From Squalus acanthias (lineage: Eukaryota): a stretch of DNA of 64,000 nt. Shown here one piece after another: positions 25,831-39,495 of this stretch; the first letter of the stretch is position 1; every line of letters starts with the position of its first letter. Both the position numbers and the translations under genes were made by a program. The stretch spans positions 45,510,001-45,574,000 of the forward strand of contig CM059432.1 in the NCBI GenBank assembly GCA_030390025.1. Reading direction: 5' to 3'. The notes under the pieces are model-generated. The model ran no database searches. It worked only from the letters and a program-made list of their open reading frames with translations, and had not been told where the DNA came from.

Positions 25831-26284
25831 CTATCACGTTCGTTGCCTTCTCAAAAATTCAACTAGGTTCGTTAGACATAATTTACAATTTACAAAATCC
25901 ATGCTGGCTCTCCCTGATCAACTCATATTTGTCCAAATGGTGTCATTCAGTCCCAAATAACAGATTCTAGTAACTTCCCCAAAACTGACATTAGACTAAT
26001 AGGCCTACAATTTTCTAGTTTATCTCTCTTACCCTTCTTAAATAGTGGAGTGACATTGGCAATTTTCCAATCCCAGGGGACAATTCCTCATTTTGAGGTT
26101 TTTGGAATCTTCAACATAGAGAAATTTTGTTAGGTTGAGGATATCTTTAGTACAGTAATATCCCTGGTAGAGATGAGCAATTGGATTCATTTGGACTTGA
26201 TGTTTGGATTCAGCCGTAGTGGACTCAATGGTCCATTTTATTTAACATAAGTGAAACTATAACATTCTAGGATGCTATCACTTG

Positions 26285-29200
26285 TTTTTTTTGATTCGTT
26301 TTTATGGGATCTGGGTGGCACTGGCAAGGCCAGCAATTATTGCCCATCCCGAATTGCCCTTGAGAAGGTGGTGGTGAGCCGCCTTCTTGAACCGTTGCAG
26401 TCCGTGTGGTGAAGGTACTCCCACAGTGCTGTGAGGTAGGGAGTTCCAGGATTTTGACCCAGCGACGATGAAGGATCGGTGATATACTTCTAAGTCAGGA
26501 TGATGTATGACTTCGAGGGGAACTTGGAGGTGGTGGTGTTCCCATGTGTCTGCTGCCCTTGTCCTTCTAGGTGGTAGAGGTCACGGGTTTGGGAGGTGCT
26601 GCCGAAGAAGCCTTGGCGAGTTGCTGTAGTGCATCTTGTAGATGGTACACACTGCAGCCACGTTACGCCAGTGGTGGAGGGAGTGAAGTTTAAGGTGGTA
26701 GAGGGGATGCCCATCAAGTGGGCTGCTTTGTCCTGGATGGTGTCGAGCTTCTTGAGCGTTGTTGGAGCTGCACTCATCCAGGCAAGTGGAGCGTATTCCA
26801 TCACACTCCTGACTTGTGCCTTGTAGATGGTGGAAAGGTTTTGGGGAGTCAGGAGGTGAGACACTCGCCACAGAATACCTAGCCTCTGACCTGCTCTTTT
26901 AGCCACAGTATTTATGTGGCTGGTCCAGTTAAGTTTCTGGTCAATGGTGACCCCAGGATGTTGATGGTGGGGGATTCGGCGATGGTAATGCCGAACAGGA
27001 CGGTTTGCACCTGAACCAGAGTGGCACCAATATCCTGGGAGGGAAATTCGCTACGGCTCTTCGGGGGGGTTTAAACTAATTTGTCAGGGGGATGGGAAAA
27101 AGGGCTGTAGTCCAGGAGCCAGTGGTGAGTGTAGGGAGGTACTGAGGAGGGTATCAATGTCGCAGGAATGTACCGGCAGACAGGAAGATGGCTTGAAGTG
27201 TGTCTACTTCAATGCAAGGAGCATCCGGAATAAGGTAGGAGAACTTGGAGCGTGGATTGGTACTTGGGACTACGATGTGGTGGCCATTACGGAGACATGG
27301 TTAGAACAGGAACAGGAATGGTTGTTGGAAGTTCCGGGGTATAGATGTTTCAGTAAGAGTAGGGAAGGTGGTAAGAAAGGTGGAGGAGTAGCATTGTTAA
27401 TCAAGGATAGTTTAACAGCGGCAGAAAGGCAGTTCGAGTGGGATCTGCCGTCTGAGGTAATATGGGCTGAAGTTAGAAATAGGAAAGGAGCGGTCACGTT
27501 GTTAGGAGTTTTCTACAGGCCCCCAAATAGTAATAGAGATGTGGAGGAAGAAATTGCAAAGCAGATTATGAATAGGTGTGGAGGTCACAGAGTAGTTGTC
27601 ATGGGTGACTTCAACTTTCCAAATATTGATTGGAACCTTTATAGGTCAAACAGTTCGGATGGGATAGTTTTTGCACAGTGTGTGCAGGAGGGTTTCCTGA
27701 CACAATATGTGGATAGGCCGACAAGAGGTGGGGCCACATTGGATTTGGTACTGGGTAATGAACCAGGCCAAGTGTTTGATTTGTATGTGGGAGAGCACTT
27801 TGGAGATAGTGACCACAATTCGGTGACTTTCACTATTGCAATGGAGAGGGATAGGGCCATGCGGCAGGGCAGGGTTTATAATTGGGGGAGGGGTAATTAT
27901 GATGCGATTAGGCAAGAATTAGGGAGCATAAGATGGGAACAGAAACTATCAGGGAAAGGCACAAACAAAAAGTGGAGCTTTTTCATGGAGCAATTACTGC
28001 GTGTCCTTGATAGGTATGTCCCTGTCAGGCAGGGAGGAAATGGCCGAGTGAGAGAACCATGGTTCACAAAAGAGGTTGAATGTCTAGTCAAGAGGAAAAA
28101 GGAAGCGTATGTAAGGATGAGAAAACAAGGTTCAGTTGGGTCGATTGAGGGGTACAAGGTAGCAAGGAATGAGCTAAAAAAAGAGCTTAGGAGAGCTAGG
28201 AGGGGGCATGAGAAGTCCTTGGCGGGTCGGATCAAGGAAAACCCCAAGGCTTTTTACTCTTATGTGAGAAATAAAAGAATGACCAGGGTGAGGGTAGGGC
28301 CGGTCAAGGACAGTAGTGGGAACTTGTGCATGGAGTCAGAAGAGATAGGAGAGGTGATGAATGAATACTTTTCGTCAGTGTTCACCGAGGAGAGGGGCCA
28401 TGTTTTTGAGGATGAGAGTGTGATAAAGGTGGATAGGCTGGAGGAGGTAGATGTTCTGAGGGAAGATGTTTTAGCAATTTTGAAGAACCTGAGGGTCGAT
28501 AAGTCCCCTGGGCCAGATGGGATATATCCTAGGATTCTTTGGGAGGCAAGGGAGGAGATTGCAGAGCCTTTGGCTTTGATCTTTGGGTCCTCACTGTCCA
28601 CGGGGATGGTGCCAGAGGACTGGAGAGTGGCGAATGTTGTTCCTCTCTTCAAGAAAGGAAATAGGAATGACCCTGGTAATTATAGGCCGGTTAGTCTTAC
28701 TTCGGTGGTTGGTAAGATAATGGAAAAGATCCTGAGGGATAGGATTTATGACCATTTGTAAAGAGGCAACTTAATCCGGGATAGTCAACACGGATTCGTG
28801 AAGGGTAAGTCTTGCCTAACAAATTTGATTGAATTCTTTGAGGAGGTAACTAAGTGTGTAGATGAAGGTAGAGCAGTTGATGTCGTATACATGGATTTTA
28901 GTAAGGCGTTTGATAAGGTTCCCCATGGTCGGCTCATGAAGAAAGTAAGGAGTTGTGGGATAGAGGGAAATTTGGCCGATTGGATAAGTAACTGGCTATC
29001 TCATAGAAGGCAGAGGGTGGTGGTGGATGGAAAATTTTCGGACTGGAGAGACCAGTTACCAGCGGTGTGCCACAGGTGTCGGTGCTGGGTCCTCTGCTGT
29101 TTGTGATTTTTATCAATGACTTGGAGGAGGGGACTGAAGGGTGGATCAGTAAATTTGCTGATGACACCAAGATTGGTGGAGTAGTGGATGAGGTGGAGGG

Positions 29201-32200
29201 CTGTTGTAGGCTGCAAAGAGACATTGATAGGATGCAGAGCTGGGCCGAAAAATGGCAGATGGAATTTAACCCTGATAAGTGCGAGGTGATTCATTTTGGT
29301 AGGGCAAATTTGAATAAGGATTACAGGGTCAACGGCAGGGTTCTGAGGAACGTGGAGGAACAGAGGGATCTGGGGGTTCATATCCACAGATCTCTGAAGG
29401 TTGCCACTCAAGTGGATAGAGCAGTAAAGAAGGCCTATAGTGTGTTAGCGTTTATTAACAAGGGGTTTGAGTTTAAGAACCGTGAGGTTATGCTGCAACT
29501 GTACAGGACCTTGGTGAGACCACATTTGGAATATTGTGTGCAGTTCTGGTCACCTCACTATAGGAAGGACGTGGAAGCATTGGAAAGAGTGCAAAGGAGA
29601 TTTACCAGGATGCTGCCTGGTTTGGGGGGGAGGTCTTATGAGGAAAGATTGAGGGAGCTAGGGCTTTTCTCTTTAGAGCAGAGGAGGATGAGAGGCGACT
29701 TAATAGAGGTTTATAAGATGATGAGGGGGATAGATAGAGTGGATGTTCAGAGACTATTTCCTCGGGTGGATGTAGCTGTTACAAGGGGGCATAACTATAA
29801 GGTGCATGGGGGGAGATATAGAAGGGATGTCCGAGGTAGATTCTTTACTCAGAGAGTGGTTGGGGTGTGGAATGGACTGCCTGCTGTGATAGTGGAGTCG
29901 GACACTTTAGGAACTTTCAAGCGGTTATTGGATAAGCACATGGAGCACACCAGAATGATAGGGAGTGGGATAGCTTGATCTTGGTTTCGGACAATGCTCG
30001 GCACAACATCGAGGGCCGAAGGGCCTGTACTGTGCTGTACTGTTCTATGTTCTATGTTCTATGAATGTCAAGGGGTGGCATTTAGACTCTCGCTTGTTGG
30101 AGATAGTCATTGCCTGGCACTTCTGTGGTGCAAATGTTACCTGCCACTTATCAGCCCAAGCCTGAACGTCGTCCAGGTCTTGTTGCATGCGGGCATGGAC
30201 TGCTTCATTATCTGAGGAGTTGTGAATGGCACTGAACACTGCACAGTCATCAGCGAACATCCCCATTTCTGACCTTATGTTGGAGGGAAGGTCATTGATG
30301 AAGTAGCTGAAGATGGTTGGGCCTAGGACACTGCCCTGAGGAACACCTGCAGCGATGTCCTGGGGCTGTGATGATTGATCTTCAATTACCACAACCATCT
30401 TCCTTTGTGCTAGGTATGACTCCAACCAGTGGAGAGTTATCCCCCCGATTTCCATTGACTTCAGTTTTATTCGGGCTCCTTGATGCCACACTCGGTCAAA
30501 TGCTGCCTTGATGTCAAGGGCAGTCACTCTCACCTCACCTCTGGAATTCAGCTCCTTTGTCCATGTTTGGACCAAGGCTATAATGAGGTCGGGAGCCGAG
30601 TGGTCTTGGCGGGACCCAAACTGGGCATCAGTGAGCAGGCTATTGGTGAGCAAGTGCCGCTTGATAGCACTGTCGATGACACCTTCCATCACTTTGCTGA
30701 TGATTGAAAGTAGACTGATGGGGTGGTAATTGGCCGGATTGGATTTGTCCTGCTTTTTGTGGACAGGACATACCTGGGCAGTTTTCCACTTTGTCAGATA
30801 GATGCCAGTGTTGTAGCTGTACTGGAACAGCTTGGCTAGAGGCGCGGCTACTTCTGGACCACAAGTCTTCAGCACAATAGCCGGGATGTTGTCAGGGCCC
30901 ATAGCCTTTGCTGTATCCAGTGCGCTGAGCTGTTTCTTGATATCACGTGGAGTTAATCCAATTGGCTGAAGACTGGTTTCTGTGATGGTGGGGACCTCAG
31001 GAGGAGGTCGATATGGATCATCCACTCGGCACTTCTGGCTGAAGATGGTTGCAAACGCTTCAGCCTTGTCTTTTGCGCTCGCGTGCTGGGCTCCACCATC
31101 ATTGAGGATGGGGATATTCATGGAGCCTTATCCTCCCGTTAGTTGTTTAATGGTCCACCACCATTCAAGACTGCATGTGGCAGGACTGCAGAGCTTTGAT
31201 CTGATCCGTTGATTGTGGGATCACTTAGCCCTGTCTATAGCATGCTGCTTCTGCTTTTTAGCATGCATGTAGTCCTGTGTTGCAGCTTCCCCAGGTTGGC
31301 ACCTCATTTTTAGGTACGCCTGGTGCTGCTCCTGGCATGCTCTTCTACACTCCTTATTGAACCAGGGTTGGTCCCCTGGCTTGATGGTAATTGTAGAGTG
31401 AGGGGTATGCTGGGCCATGAGGTTACAGATTGTGGTGGAATACAATTCTGCTGCTGCTGATGGCCCACAACGCCTCATGGATGCCCAGTTTTGAGCTGGT
31501 AGATCTGTTCTGAATCTATCCCATTTAGCACGGTGGTAGTGCCACACAACACGATGGAGGGTGTCCTCAGTGTGAAGACGGGACTTCGTCTCCACAATGA
31601 CTGTGCGGTGGTCACTGCTACGAATACTGTCATGGAGAGATGCATCTGCGACAGGTAGATTGGTGAGGATGAGGTCAAATAGGTTTTTCTCTCGTGTTGG
31701 TTCTCTCACCACCTGTCGCAGGTCCAGACTGGCAGATATGTCCTTCAGGACTCGGCCAGTAGTGGTGCTACCGAGCCACTCTTGGTGATGGACATTGAAG
31801 TCCCCCCACCCAGAATACATTCTGTGCCCTTGCTACTCTCAGTGCTTCTTCCAAGTGGTGTTCAATATGGGGGAAGTACTGATTCATCAGCTGAGGGAGG
31901 GCGGTAGGTGGTAATCAGCAGGAGGTTTCCTTGCCCATGCTTGACCTGAAACCATGAGACTTCATGGGGTCCAGAGTCAATGTTGAGGACTCCCAGGGCC
32001 ACTCCTTCTCGACTGTACACCACTCCTGGGTGGTACAGGACATACCCAGGGATGGTGATGGAGGAGTTTGGGACATTTGCTGAAAGGTATGATTCTGTGA
32101 GGATGACTATGTCAGGCTGTTGCTTGACTAGTCTGTGGGACAACTCTCCCAATTTTGGCACAAGTTCCCAGATGTTGGTGAGGTTGGACTTTGCAGGGTT

Positions 32201-32603
32201 GACTGTGCCATTGCCGTGTCCGTAGCCGGTGCCGGGTGGCCCATCCGGTTTCATTTTTATTATTTTGTTTCGTAGCGGTTTGTTACAACTGAGTGGCTTG
32301 CTAGGCCATTTCAGAGGGCAATTAAGAGTCAACCACATTGCTGTGGGTCTGGAGTCACATACAGGCCAGACCAGGTAAGGACGGCAGATTTCCTTCCCTA
32401 AAGGACATTAGGGAAACAGATGGGTTTTTATGACAAAATGATTGTTTCATGGTTACCATTGCTAATAATTATTCCAGATTTATTTAATTAACTGAATTTA
32501 AATTTCCCAGCTGTCGTGGTGGGATCTGAACTCACGTTTAACTGGATCATTAGTCCAGGCCTCATGAATTACTAGCCCAGTGACATTACCACTACGCTAC
32601 CGT
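26285..32603 (-). mobile_element. Full-length CR1/Zenon-like single-ORF LINE (Z1) with a tRNA-derived head, interrupted by CR1-D
   Basis: Head 32510-32603; APE (PDIVILTESYL, YRPP, GDFN, SDH); RT (NYHPISLLS, PQGSVLGP, FADD); 3' stem-loop and A tail. About 3.25 kb without the insert. Confidence 0.9.
26993..30063 (+). mobile_element. CR1 LINE (D): end of ORF1 plus near-complete ORF2 (27157-29978)
   Basis: DGLHLN esterase-type ORF1 end, APE and RT; TAA at 28759 and a 2-nt slip near 29048; (TTCTATG)n tail. Confidence 0.95.
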
Positions 32604-32789
32604 TTTCTTGTGTTAAATATCATGGATAAAAACTGTTACCATTTTAACTTGTATAACATGAGTAATCACCTTGACCTTCTTCACTATCGGTCTACCAGGG
32701 ATCAGTTACATGAATACGCATCATGAGGCCACATATCCCACCAGCTATCATCTTTATTTAATCACACTATAAAATCACAGTTTCCCATG

Positions 32790-33640
32790 CATTAGACAAA
32801 TGCATGTCCATCATATCCCCTCCCCTAAACCACTGGGTTCTCAATAAACATCAAGTCATAACTGAGCCAGAGTTTCATCCAATTTAACAGTGGGATGACT
32901 GAAGCCATTTTATTTGCCTCCCGTCAAAGATTCAATACCCTTGTCCATGAGTCCATCCTACTCCTTGGCTGCTACTCGTGTCCTGTTCAACCCTGAGCAG
33001 ATTTTCAAACTCATACCCTATCCATCACTAAGGCCGCTTACTTTCACCACTGCAATCTGGCTGAAACCCTTGTATGATTTTGCTACCTCCGGATTTCATT
33101 TCTCCAACATTTTCCTCCTGAGTTCTGCCTACACAAACTCCAATTCATTTAAAATGTTGCCACTCCCATCTTGTGCCACATAAAGTCTCATATGCCCAAC
33201 ACTCCTATTCTCACTGACCTCAAAGAGTCATACAGAATCATATAAATTAAATCACAGAAGGAAATTATCTGGCCTTCCTATTGCCCCTGGCTCCCAATGC
33301 TTTGAATTCAACATCACCATCCCCAAATTCTCCATGGCCTCACCCTACTTAACCTCTGCAACCTCCTCCTGCCCTACATGCCAGCCTACATGCTCTTTGA
33401 TCCTGCAACTCTGGTCTCCTGTGCATCCTCCCTGCTCCCCGAAGCCACCTTGGTTCCACTCCCTAGAAATCTTTCCCTAAACCACTCTGCCTTGCTGCTT
33501 CTCTCTGAACGTTTAACAGTCCTCTAAAAACCTACCTTTCAGCCATGTTTCAAGTTACCTCTTCACTTTGTTACTACTGTCCAGCAACTATATTGTCTCT
33601 GTGAAACACTTAGAGACATTTTCTGCATTAAAGCAGTGGT
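32790..33640 (+). mobile_element. Highly degraded L2 fragment(s)
   Basis: Residual similarity to the L2 3' half (gaagccattt, ctccatggcctc, gtgaaacacttagagacattt). Confidence 0.55.
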
Positions 33641-35371
33641 GAAAGTAAGCGCTCTTAGTGATGGATAGGGTATGCTACTGTTGGTTCTCAGTCTCTCAAG
33701 CATTTCAAAGTACTTCACATGCAATAAATTTCTTTGAAATGCAGCAATTGTTATTATGTAGGCAAACATGGTAGCCATTTTGTGCACATCAAGATCAAAT
33801 GGTAATGAGTTTCATAACCTGTTATCTGTTGGCTGAAAAAGGAATGTTGACTGATCATGGAGAGAGTTCCCTATGCAATGTCATATTTAGAATTTTCATA
33901 CCCACATGCCATTTGATAAAAGTATCTCTGTATCAGCATAATTAATGAGCCATTTTTGGTGAAATATAATTCACAAAAAGCTTATTATAGCCATACAGCT
34001 ACATTCAAAACTTATGTATATCCCTACCTCAGTGATTAGGCTCTTTGAGCCCCCCATGTAGGCAGTATAGAGCAGTACACCCTTTTTTTACACTCCTTGA
34101 TGAGTTGCTAAGGCTCATTAGAAATTCATAGCTGTCAACCTTATTCAAAATATAACATATTCATGACTGAACCAATTACTATATATTTATATTTATTTGA
34201 AAATCGTGAATTAGACTCCATCTCAAGATCGTTACTAGGGACACAGCAAAAACTTTTTTTTTATTCGTTCATGGGATGTAGGCGCCGCTGGCAAGGCCAG
34301 CATTTATTGCCCATCCCTAATTGCTCTTGAGAAGGTGGTGGTGAGCTGTCTTCTTGAACCGCTGCAGTCCGTGTGGTGAAGGTACTCCCACAGTGCTGTT
34401 AGGGAAGGAGTTCCAGGATTTTGACCCAGCGACGATGAAGGAACGGCCAAAAATTTCCAAGTCAGGATGGTGTGTGATTTGGAGGGGAACTTGCAGGTGA
34501 TGGTGTTCCCATGCACCTCCTGCCATTGTCCTTCTAGGTAGTAGAGGTTGTGGGTTTGGGAGGTGCTGTCAAAGAAGCCTTGGCAAGTTGCTACAGTGCA
34601 TCTTGTAGATGGTACACACTGCAGCCATGGTGCGCCGCTGGTGGAAGGAGTGAATGTTTAAGGTGGTGGATGGGGTGCCAATCAAGCGGACTGCTTTGTC
34701 TTGGATGGTGTCGAGCTTCTTGAGTGCTATTGGAGCTGCACTCATCCAGGCAAATGGAGAGTATTCCATCACACTCCTGACTTGTGCCTTGTAGATGGTG
34801 GAAAGGTTTTGGGGAGTCAGGAGGTGAGACACTCGCCGCAGAATACCCAGCCTCTGACCTGCTCTTGTAGCTACAGTATTTATGTGGCTGGTCCAGTTAA
34901 GTTTCTGGTCAATGGTGACCCCCAGGATGTTGACGGTGGGAGATTTGGCAATAGCAATGCTGTTGAATGTCAAGGAACGGTGGTTAGACTCTCTCTTGTT
35001 GGAGATAGTCATTGCCTGGCATTTGTGTGGCGCGAATGTTACTTGCCACTTATCAGGCCAAGTCTGAATGTCGTCCAGGTCTTGCTGCATGCGGGCAAGG
35101 ACTGCTTCATTATCTGAGGAGTTATGAATGGAACTGAACACTGTGCAATCATCAGTGAACACCCCTACTTATGACCTTATGATGGAGGAAAGGTCATTGA
35201 TGAAGCAGCTAAAGATGGTTGGGCCTAAGACACTGCCCTGAGTAACTCCTACAGCGATGTCCTGGGGCAGAGATGATTGGCCTCCATCAACCACAACCAT
35301 CTTCCTTTGTGCTAGGTATAACTCCAGCCAGCAGAGAGTTTGCCCCCTGATTCCCATTGACTTCAATTTTA

Positions 35372-36515
35372 ATGTGCAACATTAAAGCACATGGGATTAG
35401 GGGTAATATACTGGCATGGATTGAAAATTGGTTAACAGACAGGAAACAGAGAGTAGGAATAAATGGGTCTTTTTCGGGGTGGCAGGCGGTGACTAGTGGG
35501 GTACCGCAGGGATCAGTGCTTGGGCCCCAGCTATTCACAATATATATCAATGATTTAGATGAGGGAACCAAATGTAATATTTCCAAGTTTGCTGACGACA
35601 CGAAACTAGGTGGGATTGTGAGTTGTGAGGAGGATGCAAAGAGGCTTCAAGGTGATTTAGACAAGTTGAGTGAGTGGGCAAATACATGGCAGATGCAGTA
35701 TAACGTGGATAAATGTGAAGTTATCCACTTCGGTAGGAAAAACAGAAAGGCAGAGTATTATTTAAAGGGTGATAGATTGGGAAATGTTGATGTACAAAGG
35801 GACCTGGGTGTCCTTGTACACCAGTCACTGAAAGCAAACATGCAGCTGCAGCAAGCAGTTAGGAATGCAAACAGTATGTTGGCCTTCATTGCAAGAGGAT
35901 TTGAGTGCAGAAGCAAGGATGTCTTAATACAGTTATACAGGGCCTTGGTGAGACCACACCTGGAGTAGTGTGTGCAGTTTTGGTCTCCTTACCTAAGAAA
36001 GGATGTACTTGCCATAGAGGGAGTGTAACGAAGGTTCACCAGACTGATTCCTGGGATGGCAGGAGAGATTGGGTCGACTAGGCCTGTATTCAATAGAGTT
36101 TAGAAGAATGAGAGGGGATCTCATTGAAATGTATAAAATTCTGACAGGGCTAGACAGACTGGATGCAGGGAGGATGTTTCCCCTGGCTGGGGTGTCTAGA
36201 ACGAGGGGTCACAGTCTCAGGATATGGGGTAGGACATTTAGGACTGAGATGAGGAGAAATTTCTTCACTCAGAGGGTGGTGAACCTATGGAATTCTCTAC
36301 CACAGAAGGCTGTGGAGGCCAAGTCACTGAATATATTTAAGAAGGAGATAGATAGATTTCTAGACAGAAAAGGCATCATGGGGTATGGGGAGAGAGCGGG
36401 AATATGGTATTGAGATAGAGGATCAGCCATGATCATATTGAATGGTGGAGCAGGCTGAAAGGGCCGAATGGACTACTCCTGCTCTTATTTTTCTATGTTT
36501 TCTATGTTTTTTCTT
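35372..36515 (+). mobile_element. 5'-truncated CR1 LINE (E)
   Basis: RT motifs PQGSVLGP and FADDTK; several stops; TTCTATG tail. Confidence 0.93.
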
Positions 36516-37101
36516 CTAGGGCTCTTTGATGCTACACTCAGTCAAATGCTGCCTTGATGTCAAGGGCAGTCACTCTCACCTCACCTCTGGAATTCAGTTC
36601 TTCTGTCCATGTTTGGACCAAGGCTATAATGAGGGCTGGAGCCGAGTGGTCCTGGCAGAACCTAACTGAGCATCAGTGAGCAGGTTATTGGTGAGCAAGT
36701 GCCGCTTGATAGCACTCTCGATGACACCTGCCATCACTTCGCTGATGATTGAGAGTAGCCTGATGGGGCGGTAATTGGCCGGATTGGATTTGTCCTACTT
36801 TTTGTGGACAGGACATACCTGGGCAATTTTCCACATTGTCGGGTAGATGCCAGTGTTGTAGCTGTACTGGAACAGCTTGGCTGGAGGCGCAGCTAATTCT
36901 GGAGCACAAGTCTTCAGTACGACAGCTGGGATGTTGTCTGGGCCCATAGACTTTGCTGTATCCAGTGCGCTCAGCCGTTTCTTGGTATCACGTGGAGTGA
37001 ATTGAATTGGCTGAAGACTGGCTTCTGTGATAGTGTGGCCTTCAGGAGAAGTCCGAGCTGGATCATCCACTCGGCACTTCTGGCTGAAGATGGTTGCAAA
37101 C

Positions 37102-38410
37102 AGTACTGAAACTGCTCTTACCAAGGTCACAAATGACATTCTAATTGACTGCGACAAAGGTAATCTATCCCTTCTCGTCCTTCTGGACCTGTCTGCAGCC
37201 TTTGCATGGTTGTCCACAAAATTCTGCTCCAATGCTTCTCTACCGTCATCAAGCTGAATGGGACTGCACTCGCCTGGTTTCATTCCTATCTTTCTAACCG
37301 TAACCATAGAATTACCTGCAATGGCTTCTCTTCCCAATCCCGCGCTGTCACCTCTGGTGTCCCCCAAGGATTTATCCTTCGCCCCCCTCTTATTTCTCAT
37401 CTACATGCGGCCCCTCGGTGACATCATCCGGCAACTCAACGCAAGTTTTCACATGTATGCTGATGATACCCAGCTCTACCTCTCCTCCACCTCTCTCAAA
37501 CCTTCCACCATCTCTAGACTATCAAACTGCTTGTCCGACATCCAACAATGGATGAGTAGAAATTTGCTCCAATTAATTATCAGGAAGACCGAAGCCATTG
37601 TCTTCGGTTCACGCTACAAACTCCATTCCCTTTCCACTGATTCGCCCTCTCGCCCCGGCAACTGTCTGAGGCTGGCCAAGTCTGTTCGCAACCTTGGTGT
37701 CATATTTGATCACGGATTGAGTTTCCTACCTCATATCCATTCTATCACTAAGACTGGCCATTTCCACCTTTGTAATATCACCCATCTCCACCCTTTCTTC
37801 AACTTATCTGCTGGTGAAACCCTCATCCATGCCTTTATCACCTCTAGACTTGATTATTCCATTGCACTCCTGGCCGGCCTCCCTAGTTTTACCCTCCATA
37901 AACTTGAGGTTATCCAAAACTCTGCCGCCCGTGTGCTAACTCGCACCAAGTCCCGTTCACCCATCACCCCTGTGCTTGCTGACCTACATTAAGCTACGCC
38001 TCGATTTAAAAATTCTCATCCTTGTTTTTAAATCTGTCCATGGCCTCATCCCTCCTTATCTCTGTAATCTCCTCCAGCCCTATAATCCCTCGAGATCTCT
38101 GCACTCCACCTATTCTGGACTTTGGAACATCACCGATTTTAAATGCTCCACCATTGGCAGTCGTGCCTTCAGCTGCCTAGGTCCTAAGTTCTGGAATTCA
38201 CTCCCTAAATCTCTCCAGCTCTCCACTTCTCTTTCCTCCTTTAAGATTCTCCTTAAAACGTACCTCGTCGACAAAGCTTTTGGTTCTCTGCCCTAACATC
38301 TCCTTATGTGGCTCGGTGCCAAATTTGATAACACTCCTGTGAAGCGCCTTGAGACGTTTTATTATGTTAAAGGCACTATATAAATATAAGTTGTTGTAAT
38401 TTGTTGTTGT
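37102..38410 (+). mobile_element. 5'-truncated L2 LINE
   Basis: STETAL, LDLSAAF and YADDTQLY motifs; (GTT)n tail. Confidence 0.93.
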
Positions 38411-39495
38411 TCAGCCTTGTCTTTTGCACTCGCGTGCTGAGCTCCACCATAATTGAGGATGGAGATATTCATGGAGCCTCCTCCTCCCGTTAGTTGTTTA
38501 ATGGTCCACCACCATTCATGACTTGATATGGCAGGACTGCAGAGCTTTGATCTGATCCGTTAATTGTGGGATCGCTTAGCCCTGTCTATAGCATGCTGCT
38601 TCCGCTTTTTAGCATGCATGTAGTCCTGTGTTGCAGCTTCCCCAGGTTGGCACCTCATTTTTAGGTACGCCTGGTGCTGCTCCTGGCATGCTCTTCTACA
38701 CTCCTTATTGAACCAGGGTTGGTCCCCTGGCTTGATGGTAATTGTAGAGTGAGGGATATGCCGGGCCATGAGGTTACAGATTGTGGTGGAATGCAATTCT
38801 GCTGCTGCTGATGGCCCACAGTGCCTCATGGATGCCCAGTTTTGAGCTGCTAGATCTGTTCTGAATCTATCCCATTTAGCACAGTGGTAGGGCCACACAA
38901 CACGATGAAGGGTGTCCTCAGTATGAAGATGGGACTTTGACTCCACCTCATAATACAGTATATGTAATGATGCAGGACTGAGGCTGTGTAGGTGTCTTTT
39001 TGAACTCTCAAACACCGTGCCTGATTTAATGGGGCAGCTGCCAAATCAAACAAATAAAGACAGAACCACTTCATATTTGTCGTATGTTATTGCTGAGCCT
39101 CAGATAGGAAGTACGGAACACTGCTGCCGGAAAGATTTTCACCACCTCTCAAACTCAAAGCACACTTAATCCAATCATCCCTATCCTGCATGGTGTTGAG
39201 TGCCGGAGGACCTTTAAGAAAGCAGATGTTTCTCTGAATGGCTTACAGGGACCCATCTCCAAATTGGTAGGCATTACCTACCATCTTGCTTGGTAACTTG
39301 GGCTTTACAAAAGGCAAGATATAGGTCAAGGTAATAATAATGAAGGCCATTGAATTCCAGTTTTCACGGAAAAATGGAAAATGCTGTAGAATTCGATCCT
39401 AAAAATATTGGCAACTGTCCCAAAATACCATATAATAAAAATGCAATTTGACTTATTCAGTCATCACAAGCCAATAGTTCTGGTAATGATACATT

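Larger units (their letters stand above)
19887..26100 (-). mobile_element. Old CR1 LINE (A) split into 19887-20927, 24253-24331 and 25830-26100 by nested insertions
   Basis: Minus-strand RT (VPQGSVLGP, ADDTKLG); the sequence resumes colinearly after each insert. Confidence 0.85.
34255..38945 (-). mobile_element. 5'-truncated Zenon-like LINE (Z3) split by CR1-E and an L2
   Basis: Segments 34255-35371, 36516-37101 and 38410-38945 are colinear with Z1 and Z2. Confidence 0.9.

Noticed and set aside
32510..32603. Functional tRNA gene
   Set aside because: Duplicated arm, poor acceptor stem, no T-run terminator, and embedded in a repeat.
36795..37400. 201-aa chimeric ORF
   Set aside because: Spans the junction of antisense L2 and the Zenon-like copy; a nesting artefact.
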